This document shows positions 46,500 to 60,892 of a stretch of 64,000 nt of DNA, in pieces; position 1 is the first letter of the stretch, and each line of letters opens with the position of its first letter. The stretch lies in NCBI GenBank assembly GCA_009103225.1, contig RHPI01001168.1:187337-251336 (forward strand), written 5' to 3'. Under the pieces are notes generated by a model. The model made no database searches, was not told the origin of the DNA, and saw nothing but the letters and a program-made list of their open reading frames with translations. The translations under genes and the position numbers were made by a program. Source of the stretch: Chlorokybus atmophyticus (lineage: Eukaryota; Plantae; Mesostigma and Chlorokybus algae).

Positions 46500-46918
46500 C
46501 CCATGCATATGTAAGAATTGCTTTCGCATTGTGAGCTTTTTGTGAGAGTTTGCAGGATAAGCATCCCTATTGTTGGCTATGATGACAACGTGCGGATGCA
46601 ATAGGTCCTTAGCCACCAATCATAGCAATGCGTGCTTAATGACTTGCAGCATTGGGATATTACCGCAACGCACGAGTACCATGCATAACATGAGTTGCAA
46701 TTGCTTTTGCAATCACGAATTACTCTAATGTGCAGAACGTGACATCATGTTTGCACATGTTATGACCTGGTTGATGGTTTTCCTACCGTCAAGGTAGACA
46801 TAACCTGTGATGTTATGTATAGCAATGGTTGTACATGCACGTAACGATAACGGAACAGCGCTTTAATGGAATACCCGCAACATTGCACTGCAAGTGCATA
46901 CCACGATCATTCATTAAG

Positions 46919-48094
46919 TCAAAGCTGTTCTAGTCGGAGTTTTGCTTGAAACAACGTTTGGAACTCGTGCTGCAAGCGTTCATGCAGTTCATGACCATCC
47001 CTACCATACACCCACCGCCCATCGCCAGCATAGTCATAGCGTACAGGCCCGCTGCAACGCAGATTTGCAGGTTGTTAGCTTACTATACTATAAGCATAAC
47101 CTGCACATAATGTACAGCCCAACGCAATCAGTTCCCGACTCACCTCAATGGAGATGAAGACCAGATCTGCCGATTCGGAGTCTGTTTATTGATGACATAT
47201 GTCCCCTTTGAACCCAAAGAAGCAGTCAGGACGCCTTGCTGTTTCAGCAGAACGGTTAGCCACTTGAAGGCGTAATTGACCATTCTGTGGGTTTGGCATG
47301 CGGACTGATATGCTTGCCAGTTCATGCAACAACTCTACGTGGTATGTCTTGTGCCACAGATTGTCGAAAACAAGAAGCATGTCAAGTAAAGCCTTACTTG
47401 TATGGACAGCTCAACAACTAAACGTACAACTGGATAGGTTGCAACAATCATGCTTGAGTGGCATCAATGTAGTGCTAACGACTTGTGCACGCGAGAAATA
47501 ACACCCACTGAAGCAAGGCGGCCCGCTCGTAGACTCAACAAAGCACGACTGTTGAACACCGCGTGACTGTAAATGCTTCGTGAAGCGATCGCAGGACGTG
47601 TAGTTGTGCGACAGGAATGCCACAACCAGTCGAGGGGAAGTCATGCAAGCAAGCCTGACGTGGAGTCAATTACCTGGGAACTGACGTCCATGCCTTCGAC
47701 ATCATGCTCGTCCCCAAAACTCTGCAGCAGAATTACACGCGTTGTAACTGTAGACTTATTCAGAAATGTCATCTTAGGCACACCCATAGAGACGGACATT
47801 GAGGCGAGGCAGCTCACGCACCTCAATAGCTTCTTGCAGGTTCTCTAGGGTGGCGTCTGCAGCTTGGTGGAACTCATGCTCAGAGACGGCGCTGTAGTCC
47901 CTGGGCACAGGTGCTGGTATCTCCGCCGCTGCAGCAGCCGCGATGTTTCTAGAAGGCCACAGGCTTGTTAGTGGTGGACGCTCAACTCCTGCTGCTACTG
48001 CGGCCTTCAGTGCCGACCAACAGGGTTTCCGAGCACGCACTTGTTGAAGAGAAGGCGCCAATCGCCGCGACAGCACGCCGCAGCTCCGCCGCAT
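46919..48094 (-). CDS. FXN: Frataxin, mitochondrial presequence, 4 exons
   Basis: [20 protein letters not shown] | [16 protein letters not shown] | [31 protein letters not shown] | SGPVRYDY...[14 protein letters not shown]. Confidence 0.95.
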
Positions 48095-48466
48095 CCCCGC
48101 CGCCACCGTCGCCGCCGTCGCCTACATGCACACCCACATGCACCTTACCTGACGCCCAGTTGACGTGCATTACACATCAGCACATTAAGGTGACTAACGC
48201 ACCAGATCAGCCTTAACTTGCATCTTAACAGGCCGTTACAGCATAATGGAGGGCAATGACCGGTGATAGTCAAAATAAATCTGGCAGCACCCGGCGCTCT
48301 GTGCTGGTTGAGGCCGCTACGTGGATACGCAGTCTGCTTATATAACCGGCAACTGCCGGCCGTGCAAGTACGGGCAAGCAGGCAGCTTACTGCACGCAGC
48401 TTAAAGCTGCCTGAAGCGCAGGGTGGAGGAAGTGAAGGTGGAGGAGGACAAGGTGGAGGTGGGGCG

Positions 48467-51400
48467 ATGGGGTGGTGTTCTTCTAGAGCGCTGCTTACTG
48501 CTGTCGCCTTGCTGCTGGCTGTAGCTGGTTGTGAAGTTCATGCACAGTTCCAGCAGGAGCATGCCGTCATCCGGCAGTACAACACCACTGCCCAGCGAAA
48601 GGAGGGCGTCCTGAACGTCCACCTTGTAGCCCACACGCACGACGATGTCGGCTGGTTGAAGGTGCGAGCAAAGCTTAGAATCTTAGAACAATCAGCTAGG
48701 CTTGTTACCTTAGCTTTACAAATGCAGTGCATGAGGCATGAGCACTGCATTGCAATGCATTGCATTGCTGCAGTATGCCTTACGTAGACATGCTAGATGG
48801 TGACTGCTGCTTATGCTTGTGCTTATGGCAGACGGTAGATCAGTACTTCTACGGGGCTCGCAATGACATCCAGACGGCGTCAGTGCAGTACATTCTCGAC
48901 ACCGTGCTCCAGGCCTTAGAGGAGGATTCAAACAGGCGTTTCATCTATGTGGAGCAGGTTGGTGCGGACGAGTACAAATCGTTGCTTTGCGTCGTGTTTG
49001 CCACCAACGCAGGCTTTCTTTAACTGTCGTTCTGCTAGGCCTTCTTCCAGCGCTGGTGGCGTAGGCAAAGCGACAGTCGCCGTGACCGCATGCGCCGTCT
49101 CGTTGCAAATGGCCAACTAGAATTCATGTAGGTGCAGTGGTTGCAGAGTCAGCAGACGTTGCACCCATCGCTTGTTTGCAGTCGTCCGTCGCACCGACAG
49201 CCTGCATGTCAATATAATGCTCAGGGAGTACGGAGTTGGTGTTGCTACTGTGTTGCACAGGTCGCTGCAGGTTTTTACTTGGCTCAACATTTGTTACATA
49301 ACAATGACCATTGCTGTCGAGTCTGTCACTTCTGAGTCTGTCGCTATTGTACCCCGACCATCGGCGTAACTTGGTGCTTCCCAGAGCTCAGTTGCTGGTT
49401 GTGTGCAGCAATGGAGGGTGGTGCATGCACGATGAAGCAGCGACGTACTACACTGCCATGATCGACCAGACGGCCCTTGGCCATCGCTACATCAAGCAGC
49501 AGTTCAACGTCACCCCAACCATTGGATGGCAAATCGACCCTTTCGGCCACTCTGCGACACAAGCAACTCTCCTGACGGCAGAGGTAATGCACTAAAGATA
49601 ATAGACACAGGAGTGTTGCACATGCCCTGCCAGATGATGTCCTGCGTGCTGGGGTCGTCAGTGGTGATCAGTCTATGTACACAGGTCGGCTTTGATGCCA
49701 CTTTCTTCGCGCGCATCGACTACGAAGACAGGGCTCTACGACACATCAACAAGGGCATGGAGATGATCTGGCGGCCATCCCAATCCTTGGGCAAGACCGC
49801 GCAGGTGCTGGCTGCAGCATAGCAGTATGTAATCGAAATTGGCAGAAACCTTACCATTGGTCACTATAAGGACCTTTGTGCAGACATTCGCAGGAGCTTT
49901 CTACCAGCACTATGACCCCCCATGGGGTTTGAACTGGGAGATCTGGAGCACAGACGCACCAGTCATGGATGACCCTATATTGCAGGACTACAATGTGGGG
50001 GAGCGTGTTGAGCGCTTTGTGCAGGCTGCTCGGCAGTTTGCTACAGCATATCAGGTTGGAAGAAGCAAGCTGCACTTGTTACGTTACCCGGTCGAAACTT
50101 ACACTGCACACTATACTGGCAGGGTAGCGACGTCATGTTCACCATGGGCAGTGACTTCCACTACTCCAATGCCGATCAGTGGTTCCAGAACTTGGACAAA
50201 ATCATGCATTACGTCAATCAGGATGGTCGCGTCCATGCTCTGTACTCAACTCCGTCAAAGTACCTTGCTGCCCGCCACGCTGATAGCGATGCATCCTGGC
50301 CTCTGAAGACTGACGACTTTTTCCCTTATGCGGACTGTCCGCATTGCTACTGGACAGGGTGCGAAGCCTTCGTCAATGCATGCATGCTGCCTGTCAGTGT
50401 TCTAATGATGTTCTCTGCAGCTACTTTACCAGCCGCCCGGCGTTGAAGGCATATGCAAGTGGCGGGTCCTCCTTTTTGCAGGCCGCACGGCAGCTAGAGT
50501 GGGCAGTTGGTCGGCGTAAGGATGCCAACACCGACGCTCTTGAAGAGGCCGTTTCCGTTGCACAGCACCATGATGGCGTGTCAGGCACATCGAAGCAGCA
50601 TGTGGCAAACGATTACGCACAGGTTGGTTGCTGATTGACAGCGTGCTGATGCTAACCCCATGCGGCGTGTATGAGCATGTGCAGCTATTCAGCGTCAATG
50701 CGTCGGCTTTGAGCGTAATCTGTGTTGATGTAGTCATGTCCTCCCTTAACAAGATGTTTGCCTTGTACAGCGCATATCTGTGGGAATGGATGAAGCCACC
50801 AATGTCGCAGTAAAAGCTATTGAGCAGCTCGCAAGCCCGTCCGCTACTGAAATGCTTCGCCTCCCATCAGAACCCATGCCAGAAGCCTCATCCGGCAGGC
50901 TTTTGTTATCCCAATGCCCTCTTGCAAACATCAGTGTATGCCCACCATCAGAGCAGCTCACTGTCAACGAAACACTGACAGTGATGGCCTACAATCCTTT
51001 GGCATGGGCCCGCGAGGTGGTTGTGCGACTTCCTGTATCAACATCTTACATTTCCGTCACAGGCGACAACGGCGAGCCAATCACTGCTCAGATACTGCCG
51101 GTCAGTTGCGTTAACCTGTACATGCACTACGTGCATTGTCACGCAACCATGGCACACTGCATGTAAAAGTGGTAGTGCATGCGGAAGCGCAGACCTCAAG
51201 TTGATGCAGCTGTCACTTCCATGCAGATCAGCGATGCAACAAAAGCCGTGCGTGCACGGCAGCAACAGTATAGTGGAGTGCCAGAGGGTGCAAGGTCGCA
51301 GTCCATGTACGAGCTGGTGTTTCTGCTTGACACTCCACCAGTTGGGTATGCTGCAGCTACACTGTGGGTGAGGGAAGCTCCATCGCCCCATACAGCTGTT

Positions 51401-52960
51401 CCCAGCTCCGTCACTCCACTGTCATCCGTGAACTCTATAAATGGCATTGCGGAAGTTGGCACAGCGCTCCTCACACTGGGTTATGACCAAGTGACTGGAC
51501 AGCTGAAGGTTTGCAAATGTAACATTAATCGACCACTACTCCATTTGCATCTAAGACAGGCACTGTGGCTCTCTGCAACTTGGGGTACATCCAGCTCATC
51601 TCGTATTCTATCATGCAGTTCATGCGCAGTGCTGACAATGCGGAGGCAGTGGCTATTACCCAGACATTTCAGTGGTACTCGTCTAGCAAGGGCGATGAGC
51701 CCGAAGACCACGGACAGGTGGTTCAACATACAGCATCTGCTCCGTTGTTGTGTCGGCCTCTGGTTTGGTAGTGACCATGTGCGTGCAGGCTGGTGGTGCG
51801 TACATCTTCCGTCCTTCAAGCAACGATGCGTTGCCTGTATCGGACGACAAGGTGATCACCACCATAGTCTTTGGTCCCGTGCTTACGGAAGTACGGCAAG
51901 AGTTTGCGTCATGGGCAACACTTGCTACACGCATCTACGCCATGCACACAGATGCTGAGCTAGAATGGACAGTCGGTCCTGTCCCGTTTGAGGACAACAT
52001 TGGCAAGGAGGTTATACTTCGAGTAAGTTTTAGTTATTTTCCCAAGGTCATCATGCAAGTTGTAGGTTATGATGGCATGATGACTCATCAACATGGGTGT
52101 CTCTGCAGATTGACACAGGCATCCCTAGTGGCGGTGTCTTCTGGACGGACTCCAATGGCAGGGAATGGGTGCGCAGAGTTGTCAACGGCCGCGGCACATG
52201 GCCATTGACGGTGACAGAGCAAGTTGCTGGCAACTACTACCCTGTAAACGCCGCTGCCTCCCTCGCTTCAAACCACACCCGCCTGACCGTCCTGACGGAC
52301 CGCTCCCAAGGAGCTGCGAGCTTGAAGGACGGTTCTCTGGAGTTCCTCGTACATCGGCGCTTGTTCTTTGACGACTGGCGTGGAGTGGCAGAGCCACTGA
52401 ATGAAACCGAATGCGGGTGCACAAACTGCAACTGCCCTGGCCTCACAGTGCGCGGCACAATGCGTCTTGTTGTCGGTGCTGAAGGGCCCCCTTTGGTCGA
52501 GTGGGCTCGCACCACTCAGCAGCTACTGTTGGAGCCTGCCCAGCTGTTCCTGTCAGAGGGCAAGACGCCAAGCATCAAGCCTCTTTCACTCTTGGCCAAA
52601 CCACTACCTGAAAGCTTGCACTTGCTTACCCTGCATGCACTAGAAGACAACACCACAATTCTACGCATCGCCCACCTGTATGAAGCCCACGAGCATCCAG
52701 AGCACTCAAAGCCAGTCAAAGTGGACATTCTGCAGCTGTTTGGCTCCAAAGCGATCAGATCGGCGGTAGAGCTTTCCCTGTCTGGCAACCAGCCCAAGGG
52801 TGCAGTCAAACCGATGAACTGGCGCATCAATGGAGAAGACGGGTCTGAGCCAGTGCCATTGCGAGAAGCCCCGATTGAGCATGTAGAGAATCCATCTGCT
52901 CTGGTCGTCACGATAGCACCGATGGAGATTAGGACATTCGGAATTATTTTTGGCAAGTAA
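48467..52960 (+). CDS. Vacuolar/lysosomal alpha-mannosidase (GH38)
   Basis: Signal peptide; [16 protein letters not shown]|TVDQY; [10 protein letters not shown]; [10 protein letters not shown]; MGSDFHY; [18 protein letters not shown]; TDSNGRE; GNYYPVN; DRSQG; ends [10 protein letters not shown]. Confidence 0.96.
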
Positions 52961-54303
52961 ATAGACCAATGCATGGGGCAGCCAAACACTGCAGGGAGGG
53001 ATTGTTCATGACTGCTTGAACCTGACAACTGTTTGCACTCGTTCGGACAGTCAACCGTATCTGCATGAGGTGCTGGACACTGCACATAGCAGCTGCATGC
53101 AAGCAAAGCATGAAATGACCAAAACTTTGCACGCTTACCACTAGTGTGAATTTGAAACTAATTGAACTGCGGGTAACGTAAGCATTGCAACCTAGACTCT
53201 TGGAAGGTCCATCGTCACACGCTAATAGTAAGTGACATTCTTAGATTTATATGACTAGCATAACAACACAATCTAACCTTCAACCGCATACCGGTGCCAA
53301 GTGACAGTTCACCCCCGTTGTTATCATATTTGCTGATGGAACAATCTCGTTCATGTACTGAAGTCGACAATTCTACTGTACGGCTACCAGTTGCTCTTTT
53401 ACGCAATAAACAATATCAAAGCAACAACCGAATCTTGTAATACAAGTTTCGCGCCAAAATTGCCTTGTCAATGCCATTAAACTTGCTGCATGGCAGCATA
53501 TGGATGACATAATAACCAAATGCTCAATGCGAGGCGCGCGTGAACAGTTCGTGTCTCTGTAGTAATGGCTGCCGGGCAATTGGAAGCTAATGGAGCAGTC
53601 TTACTCGTTTTAAGACTTTTGTGTGTGCATAAAAACCCACAGAAATATTGTTATGAAGAGGGTAGATTATTGTAAAGCTTGCGCATATGATGTACGTGTT
53701 GCCCAGTGGTGTCAATGCAAGTGTCATGCAAGCATGTGCAATCGATTTCACAATTGTAAAAACGAATATAGTTGTAATGAGTTATAAAGTTGATGGTCTA
53801 CTACGGCGGATTACAAGTTAACGCTGAAATACAATAGATTACGGCACATTACCTTCCCACAATCATGCTTACATGCAATATTGAATGGATATGCTAACAT
53901 ACATAAGTGAACTATGAACCTCATCATAAGAACGACTTACGAGAAACCAATAGTACTCTATAGCGAGGGGTTTCAGTAGCCGCATCATTGATGTCGTTGA
54001 ACAACATATATTATACCGTACACATTTTGTTGGTACACATTTCATTAAACGCCGCTAAAACCATGGAGGTCTGTAGTCCGTATTCCGTGGCCATGGCCGT
54101 CGTGGCTAACAAGCTAGTCGGCACCGCCCTGCTTGCGGCGGAGGGCGTTGATTAAGAGGCGTTGTGGCGGCGTGTTTGCCTGAGCATAGTCTTTGTTGTT
54201 TGCTCTGTCGACAATGGTGGTCAACAGCATCAGAAGAATTCAGGCAGCCACCACCTCTCCCTGCAACGTACGGCGACGTAAAAGGCAGGAAGCGCGGCAG
54301 CAG

Positions 54304-54396
<93 letters not shown>
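54304..54396. repeat. Poly(C) run of ~93 nt next to an N; length probably an assembly artefact
   Basis: Homopolymer abutting an ambiguous base; a second G-run/N gap lies at 54700-54720. Confidence 0.85.
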
Positions 54397-54399
54397 NGG

Positions 54400-55130
54400 T
54401 CGCTGAAAGGCAAGCCGGCAGCAGGCGCACCGCGCACCGCGCCGCGCACCTTTCTGGAGGACGTGTTGCTGAATTCAACGCCACTCAGCGGACAACAGTG
54501 TTGTCAATGGGAGTGGCGCTGGCAGCAGGGATGTGCTTTCGCGAGCGTCCATTCACGTGGTCTTCGTGACCTTAAGGTAAGCCATAAGTATGACTCTGCA
54601 AAGTTCGGCGAAAGTGCAAGATATGGATTCAAACACTTTGCTCGAGGGGACATTATCGTCACCAAAAAGAACCACGTGGCGCCCTGGCTGGAGGGGAAGG
54701 GGGGGNNNNNNNNNNNNNGAGGGGGGCAAGGGGTTGCTTCGGTTGGTTAGGGTAGGCACATATGTTAAAGCCGTCGTAGTTGACGCTTAAAAGCGAGCCG
54801 GCGACGGGCGCACAGCTGCCGGCTTGAGCACGGCCTCCCCGGGCCGCGCCGCGCTCCCTTTAGAAGAAGGTGTTGCTGAACTCAATACCGCTGTTGTCAA
54901 TAGGAGTGGCTCTAGCAGGCTGCCAATGGCAGCAGGGATGTGCTTTCACGGGCTTGTCCATGCATGTGGCCACGCGAAGGTCACGAAGCCAATGGGCACT
55001 ATTGGGCAAGCTATGGATGTGGTCTTGCAAAGTTCGGCAAAAATGCACGATTTGGATTAAAACATTTGAGTTAAGAGGACATCATCGTCATCGAGAAGAA
55101 CCACGTGGCGTCCAAGAGGTAACACGCGCC
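54400..55130. repeat. Two diverged ~330-bp direct copies of a degenerate coding-like segment
   Basis: Shared blocks gtgttgctgaa(t/c)tcaa, gttgtcaat.ggagtggc, ggcagcagggatgtgctttc, caaagttcggc.aaa.tgca.ga, agaaccacgtggcg in both copies. A third partial G-rich tail (ttgcttcggttggtt) lies near 55665. Confidence 0.75.
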
Positions 55131-58100
55131 CACACTTTTGCTTAGTTAGCATTGGATATCGCTGCATTGCGTGATTGCGGTTTGTTGTTGTGCAACTTGT
55201 CCTTTCCTTATTTTCCTTTTTATTTGTGGCAAATAAGCAGGTAGCGGCTGATTTGTGCAAATCTACACCCTGCTCGCTTGCAGTGGTGACCTTTATATAG
55301 CTGTCTTCATGCGCGGGACAATTGGAGGATGCACTGCTGGTGCCTGCGGTCAGTGCCTTGCCCGTGGTTTGTGCCTTAGCAAAGCTGATGGTGCTCTAGC
55401 TACCTACTCTAGCTACCTACCTGCCACGTGGTTGGAACCACTCTACCTGCGCACCAAGACATATTGGTGGGGGCGGCGGCGTGTACCAGGTCTGTGCACA
55501 TTTTGGTCTTTGTCATTTAATGTGTTAGTGATGGTGAGCAGCAAGGCACCCTGACTATACTACACAGCCGTAAGCTCTCTTTAAAGAGGCTGCTCCGGCC
55601 GAAGGCAGCACAGATGCAGGGGCGGCGACGCTTGGCAGGAGGGGGCAGAGGCAGGGGGGATTGCTTCGGTTGGTTGGGTCATGGTGAGGGGTCAACTATG
55701 TCAGCACATAAGCAGGTGCGCGCACAAGTCTCGTTCGACATTGCAAGGCCAGCCGGGAGTTGACGCTCATCCTTGAGCATCGCCTCCAGCGCACCTCCTG
55801 CTGTGGCACAAAGTGATGCTAACCTCCTTTTTGCTCCGAGCATTATACGACGCTAATGCCACTCTCCGCAATAACTAAATACAGTATGTTATAACTATAC
55901 TATACTGTATGCAGTTATTGCGGAGAGTGGCAAGAGGCATTGGCCATCATGGCGACAACCTTGTGCAAGGTCACTAATGTGGGCAAAATAAACATCATGT
56001 TCATCAACCAATGTGGGCTTAAGCCCACATTGGTGCCATGATGGTAAAAGCCTTGATTGTGGGCTCACTAACTTTAATGGAAGCATCGAGCATGGTTTAA
56101 GGCATTTTTCGCATGGTGACGTGATACATGTAGAGGAGAAGGAGCTTTGACCATGCTGTGGCATTTATGATGTTACGCATGGCATGAAATTGTGAATAAA
56201 TACTAAGACTGCCTATCTCATTTCAAGAATTTGCAAGTACATAAGAGTGTGCTAAAGACAATTCCAATTACTTCTTCACCTCTACTTTTAGTGTTGGACG
56301 TGGCACGATTCCAATCACTTGAATAAACAGAGAAGATAAAATCATCATGATGCAATTTGTCGATAAAGAGGTGTCGAAGGGCACTATAATAACCGAATCC
56401 GTGCGCGTGTGCATGTGCGCACACGCGCACGTGTGTGCATTTATTGATGCTGCGAGCTTGTTATACACAGTTTGATGGGAGTGCTAAGTGCTTGAACTGT
56501 GCATGCGATGGCGTCTAATACTTTTGTTGAATATGGGCTATGCTTGCCGGACATGCACACTACATCCCACACACATAAAGCAACAGATTGCAGAACGAAT
56601 GCACAGTTACACACACGCTTGCATTGCAATAGATTTGATTGGGGGCCCAGACAGCGCTTACAATACAACCACATGACCTAGGACCCTACCACCTGACGAG
56701 GCAACCGACATCACCAACACAATACACTTTGCCGTGTTGAACGAGAGGCAGGTTGGGCAAAACAGACAGGGTAGGGTAGGATCACCACACATGCAAGGAG
56801 CTACCCCAAACGTGTACTTGCACTGCATGCAATTGCTAGTTGCATTCAATGAAAGGTATCAACCAGCAGGTACTACTCAGCGGCTTCTGAGCAACAGCTT
56901 GTGTAGGTGTACTCTAGCGCATGCGTGGACTTGAACGGCAAGTTAGGTTTGTAGCATGGTTTGGCCACAAAGAACTGGTCGCCGTTAGGATACATCGCCA
57001 TCAGTATCAGCAGCAGGCATGAGTTCCAATCACAGACTTACAATTTGTACTGCATCGGTATACGCATCAACACATCAATACAGGCGTCCTCTTACCTTGG
57101 TCTACCTCGACCTTTACAATAGAGCCAAGTCACCAACTCTAGCGCACAATGTTATGCCTGTGCCCATGTGTTGAGTCTCCCGAGGCGCTTTTCAAGCAAC
57201 CACAATAAACGGTGGGTGCTGGGCTTGTTGGGTTGGGACCAGCAAGCGTGTGCGAAGGGAAAGGCTACTGCCGTTGTTGCTGTGACAAGTTTTAGTTGGT
57301 GAGAGCGAAAATGGTGCTTCTTTGGACAGGTCTGCTTTACCTGCTTGGCATGGACAGCAAAGTTAAGAAAAGTGTTATCAACAACAATGATAATACCAAC
57401 GACGTCAATGATAACAGCGTCAGCCTCGGCAGCAGAAGCGATGGTAACAACAACAACGATTATGCAATCAACAACGACAACTGCAATAAAGACGGCAGCA
57501 CGGAGCCTGCAAGCAGGCACTTGCATTAATTTTACACCCAACCGCAATTACGCCATGCCCCTTGACTGCGAGAGGTAGTTTTGCACGGGTTGGCCGCACG
57601 GCATAGTCGTTAAAGCTTGACCCATGTTCAAAGGCCTCCATCCGTTGACAACAAGCTGTAAATATGCAGGTCAAGGCTTGGTTGTTTACATGCTCTTACC
57701 AGCAGCAGGATATATTACCTGGCGTTGCATGCTGTTAAATTGTCAGCATATCGATTGCACAGCACTGCATGTACGCAATGCGAAGTGAACAATGCTGAGG
57801 TATAGCCGCATGCTCACTCTCGGCACTTCTGCAGGGCTCCAACGGGGAGTCTTCCAATCAGAGAACTGGGTGGTATAATCTATTGAACGTTCTGAAGAAG
57901 TGCGCTGAGGAAGTTGGCCGGATGGGTGTTACTGTTGTTTGGCTGCCTTGACCTTCCCAATCAATTTCACCAAGCAAGGTTGCTTTTACCAACACGCTAC
58001 CTCGGCGCAATGCATGTAAGTGTTGCTTACAACAATAGAACACATATACTACACACTCTGGATTAAGCCATTGTACCGGGTGAGGGGGAGCAACTAACAA

Positions 58101-60892
58101 CACTGTGTGCTATGAACTGGATGGATATACTGTCTGCAGGGGCTTGCTTGCAGTGTAAAGCTGTAATCGAGGGCTGCTGTGCAGAGTACTTGCCTACTTA
58201 ACTATAAGAGTTGAACGCTTCGTTGGATGACAGTGAGAAGGGCTTGAGGACCCTCATCACCACAGCACTTTTACAAAAATGGCATTGTGATCAACCATAT
58301 GTGTGCAGACTTTCAGGTAAGTGGGATTATAGAGGGCCAAGAAAGCCCGTGTTACACCTTGCGTCCATTGCTCTTGGTCGTTTGCACACATGTACACATC
58401 ATACCTTACCTTAGGCGCTACATGAGCAGGTTAAATGGCCCCAACCCCAAGCATTCCAGCTCCGGTCAGGCAGTGTCTGTGATGGCCATACTCAACAAGC
58501 ACACCCAACTCCCACTCCATCTGGTACAAGCACATGAACAGAAGATCCAATCCATCCGCCAGCCTCGAGCGCGCTGTAAAATGGACTTTTTACACCTGCA
58601 AGTCAGTGGGCAGAGAGTGTGAGTGTGTGTTGAGCGTGTTGGTCATGACGAGTGCGCTGAGTATGTCATGCGTGTGCTTAGGCGCGTGTGCGTGCGCGTG
58701 TGTCCATCCAAGCGTGGCTCAAAGAGAACGTGGGCGTCATGCTTATGAGGGCACTCCTTTTCAAAGGCAGACGGCGCAAAGGTGATAAGTTGTTGCACCG
58801 ATTGTTGTCATTGACAACAACAACAACAATATCATTTTATAGTGTACCAATTGTACCACTTGAGCCAGAACAGTTTAAACACAAAAGCAAGCAATGACCA
58901 CAACAGCAGTTCATACTCTTGCAAGTTCAACTGCGTGACGGTCTACACTGCGAACTTCATCGCCGCCCCTTAAGAGACGCTCAGCAAGCCCAGTAACCTA
59001 CTTCTGTAAAGGTGTTGTTGATGATGCGCCACCTTCAAGATGGAGGAGAGTTCTGTCACATAATGAAAAGAGAGCACGCATAGGCACACGCGCATACATG
59101 AATATGTGAGGCCGTTTACGCGCGCACGCGCAGACATGCACATGCATACACACGCACATACTCACAGTGTGGGGTGTGGCAGATGCGAGCATGCAGGCGG
59201 TGGCCGAATCCATTATGCAGGGTGCTCAACAAGACTGGCGTGCACAGCGAAGCAATGGTTTTGCCCGAAACACAATATCACCAACTCGAGAAATCATCCA
59301 CACAACCACTTGTTGCGTGTGCAGGTTTTGCAGCGGGTTGAGAGGCCAGTGCGTTGTGCAACATCAAACCACTGCTGGACGGCTGCTACCGGTAAGAAGT
59401 GCGTGTGTGCGCGCGTCTTGCTGCATTGCAGAGTGTTCTTGGTTTGTAGCTAAAGTGGTGAACTGAGACAACGTATGCTACAGTAAGCACAATGACAATT
59501 ATTGCAATTAGCGCGCTGGTGCGGAGGTGGCGTAGCATGCTGAACCACTTCGCTCACCAACAATTGCGCCACATACTTCTTACTTGCATACCTGCACATC
59601 CTAGGGGAGGATGAAGTGGAGTGTACATTATTGTACTTTTTCAGCATTCAAAGCATGCAAACCTACTTCCCAACATGTATATGTACACAGCTTTACACAA
59701 CCATGCTCGCAGGTGTTGGGAGCTATGCACGAACCCGTAGGACCACAGTGTGACAAATTCGTCCACTGATTGGTGAACGAGTTTGTTCGCGAATACAGCC
59801 TCGCGAGTACAGCCTCGGCAACTTTTGTGCTCGGGTACGCGCGTGTGTGTGTGTTTTTTCTTGATGTCATCAGCTGCCGTGAGTATTATGCAGGCGTGTC
59901 TTTATTTTTGCTTAGACGCAGACATTGCGAGGTGCTTTGCTGTTCATAAGTGCTCTCTGCCGTGCCCTCAGCTTCCCCACCACCACCCTTACATTGATTC
60001 TAGCTTGAAGCCAGCCTCCCAAAAATTGGTCCATACAGGGGAGATACACTCACACACCTACGCAGGGGAGGGACGGGGGTTCTCAACCCGTGGTGTGTGT
60101 GTGTGGGNGCGTGTGGGCGTGCCTGGCGCTCGCCGCTGCCCCCTTCGCCTTGCTCCTCGCCTCGTAAGGACTTCTCAAACATTCCGCAGGTAACACCGCC
60201 AGCTGCCCTCACTGCTAGCTAACAAACCGTTTCAAACAGATTGAGCCTGATCTCTGGTCTAATGCTGCCACAACACAGACATGCATGCGTGGCAGGAGTG
60301 GGACTCTTCTCTGTTTGCAAACAGCATTCTGTGCAATCACTTGCGAAGAATCAAAGTGACTCCACTAACGACCCAGCAGCCAGCTAGCAAGATGTATACC
60401 AATGAGATGTCAGCAACCGCACGCCTTGCCTCCACCAGCGTAAGTTGTTGTGTTGTTGTTGCCGTCATGATCCGCAAGGTTGTTGTAGTCGTGGTGGTGG
60501 TCGTCGTCGTTGTCATTGTGTCTGCGTTACACGAACTTGAGCGAACGGATATGACAACGACAACGACAACACCAACAACATGATGTATACCCGCAATGTG
60601 TGCTGCACAGCAACAGCGGGGCCCACAATGACCTCCCCCTTGAATTGGCATGAAGAAAGTACAAAAGGTGCGTCACTGCATCTCAAGAAGTCACCTCTCA
60701 TGTCAATCTCAGATCCCTACAGCAGGCTGCTGTAGGAAGCCCTACCAAACTGGGGCTGCTCTGAGGCGTGGGGAAGGAGGAGTGTTGCCGGCCGTTGGTC
60801 AGTGCAAAGAATGCGGCTCTGACGTTTAGCTGGAACCTTTTTGGGTAGGAGCTGCTGGCGTCCATGCTGCTCGTCATGAGCGTTCGCTTTAC

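Noticed and set aside
52516-53106. 196-aa minus-strand ORF
   Set aside because: It is antisense to the last alpha-mannosidase exon and has no independent motifs.
54164-54750. Poly-Pro/poly-Gly ORFs (extensin- or formin-like)
   Set aside because: They are products of a poly(C) run adjoining Ns.
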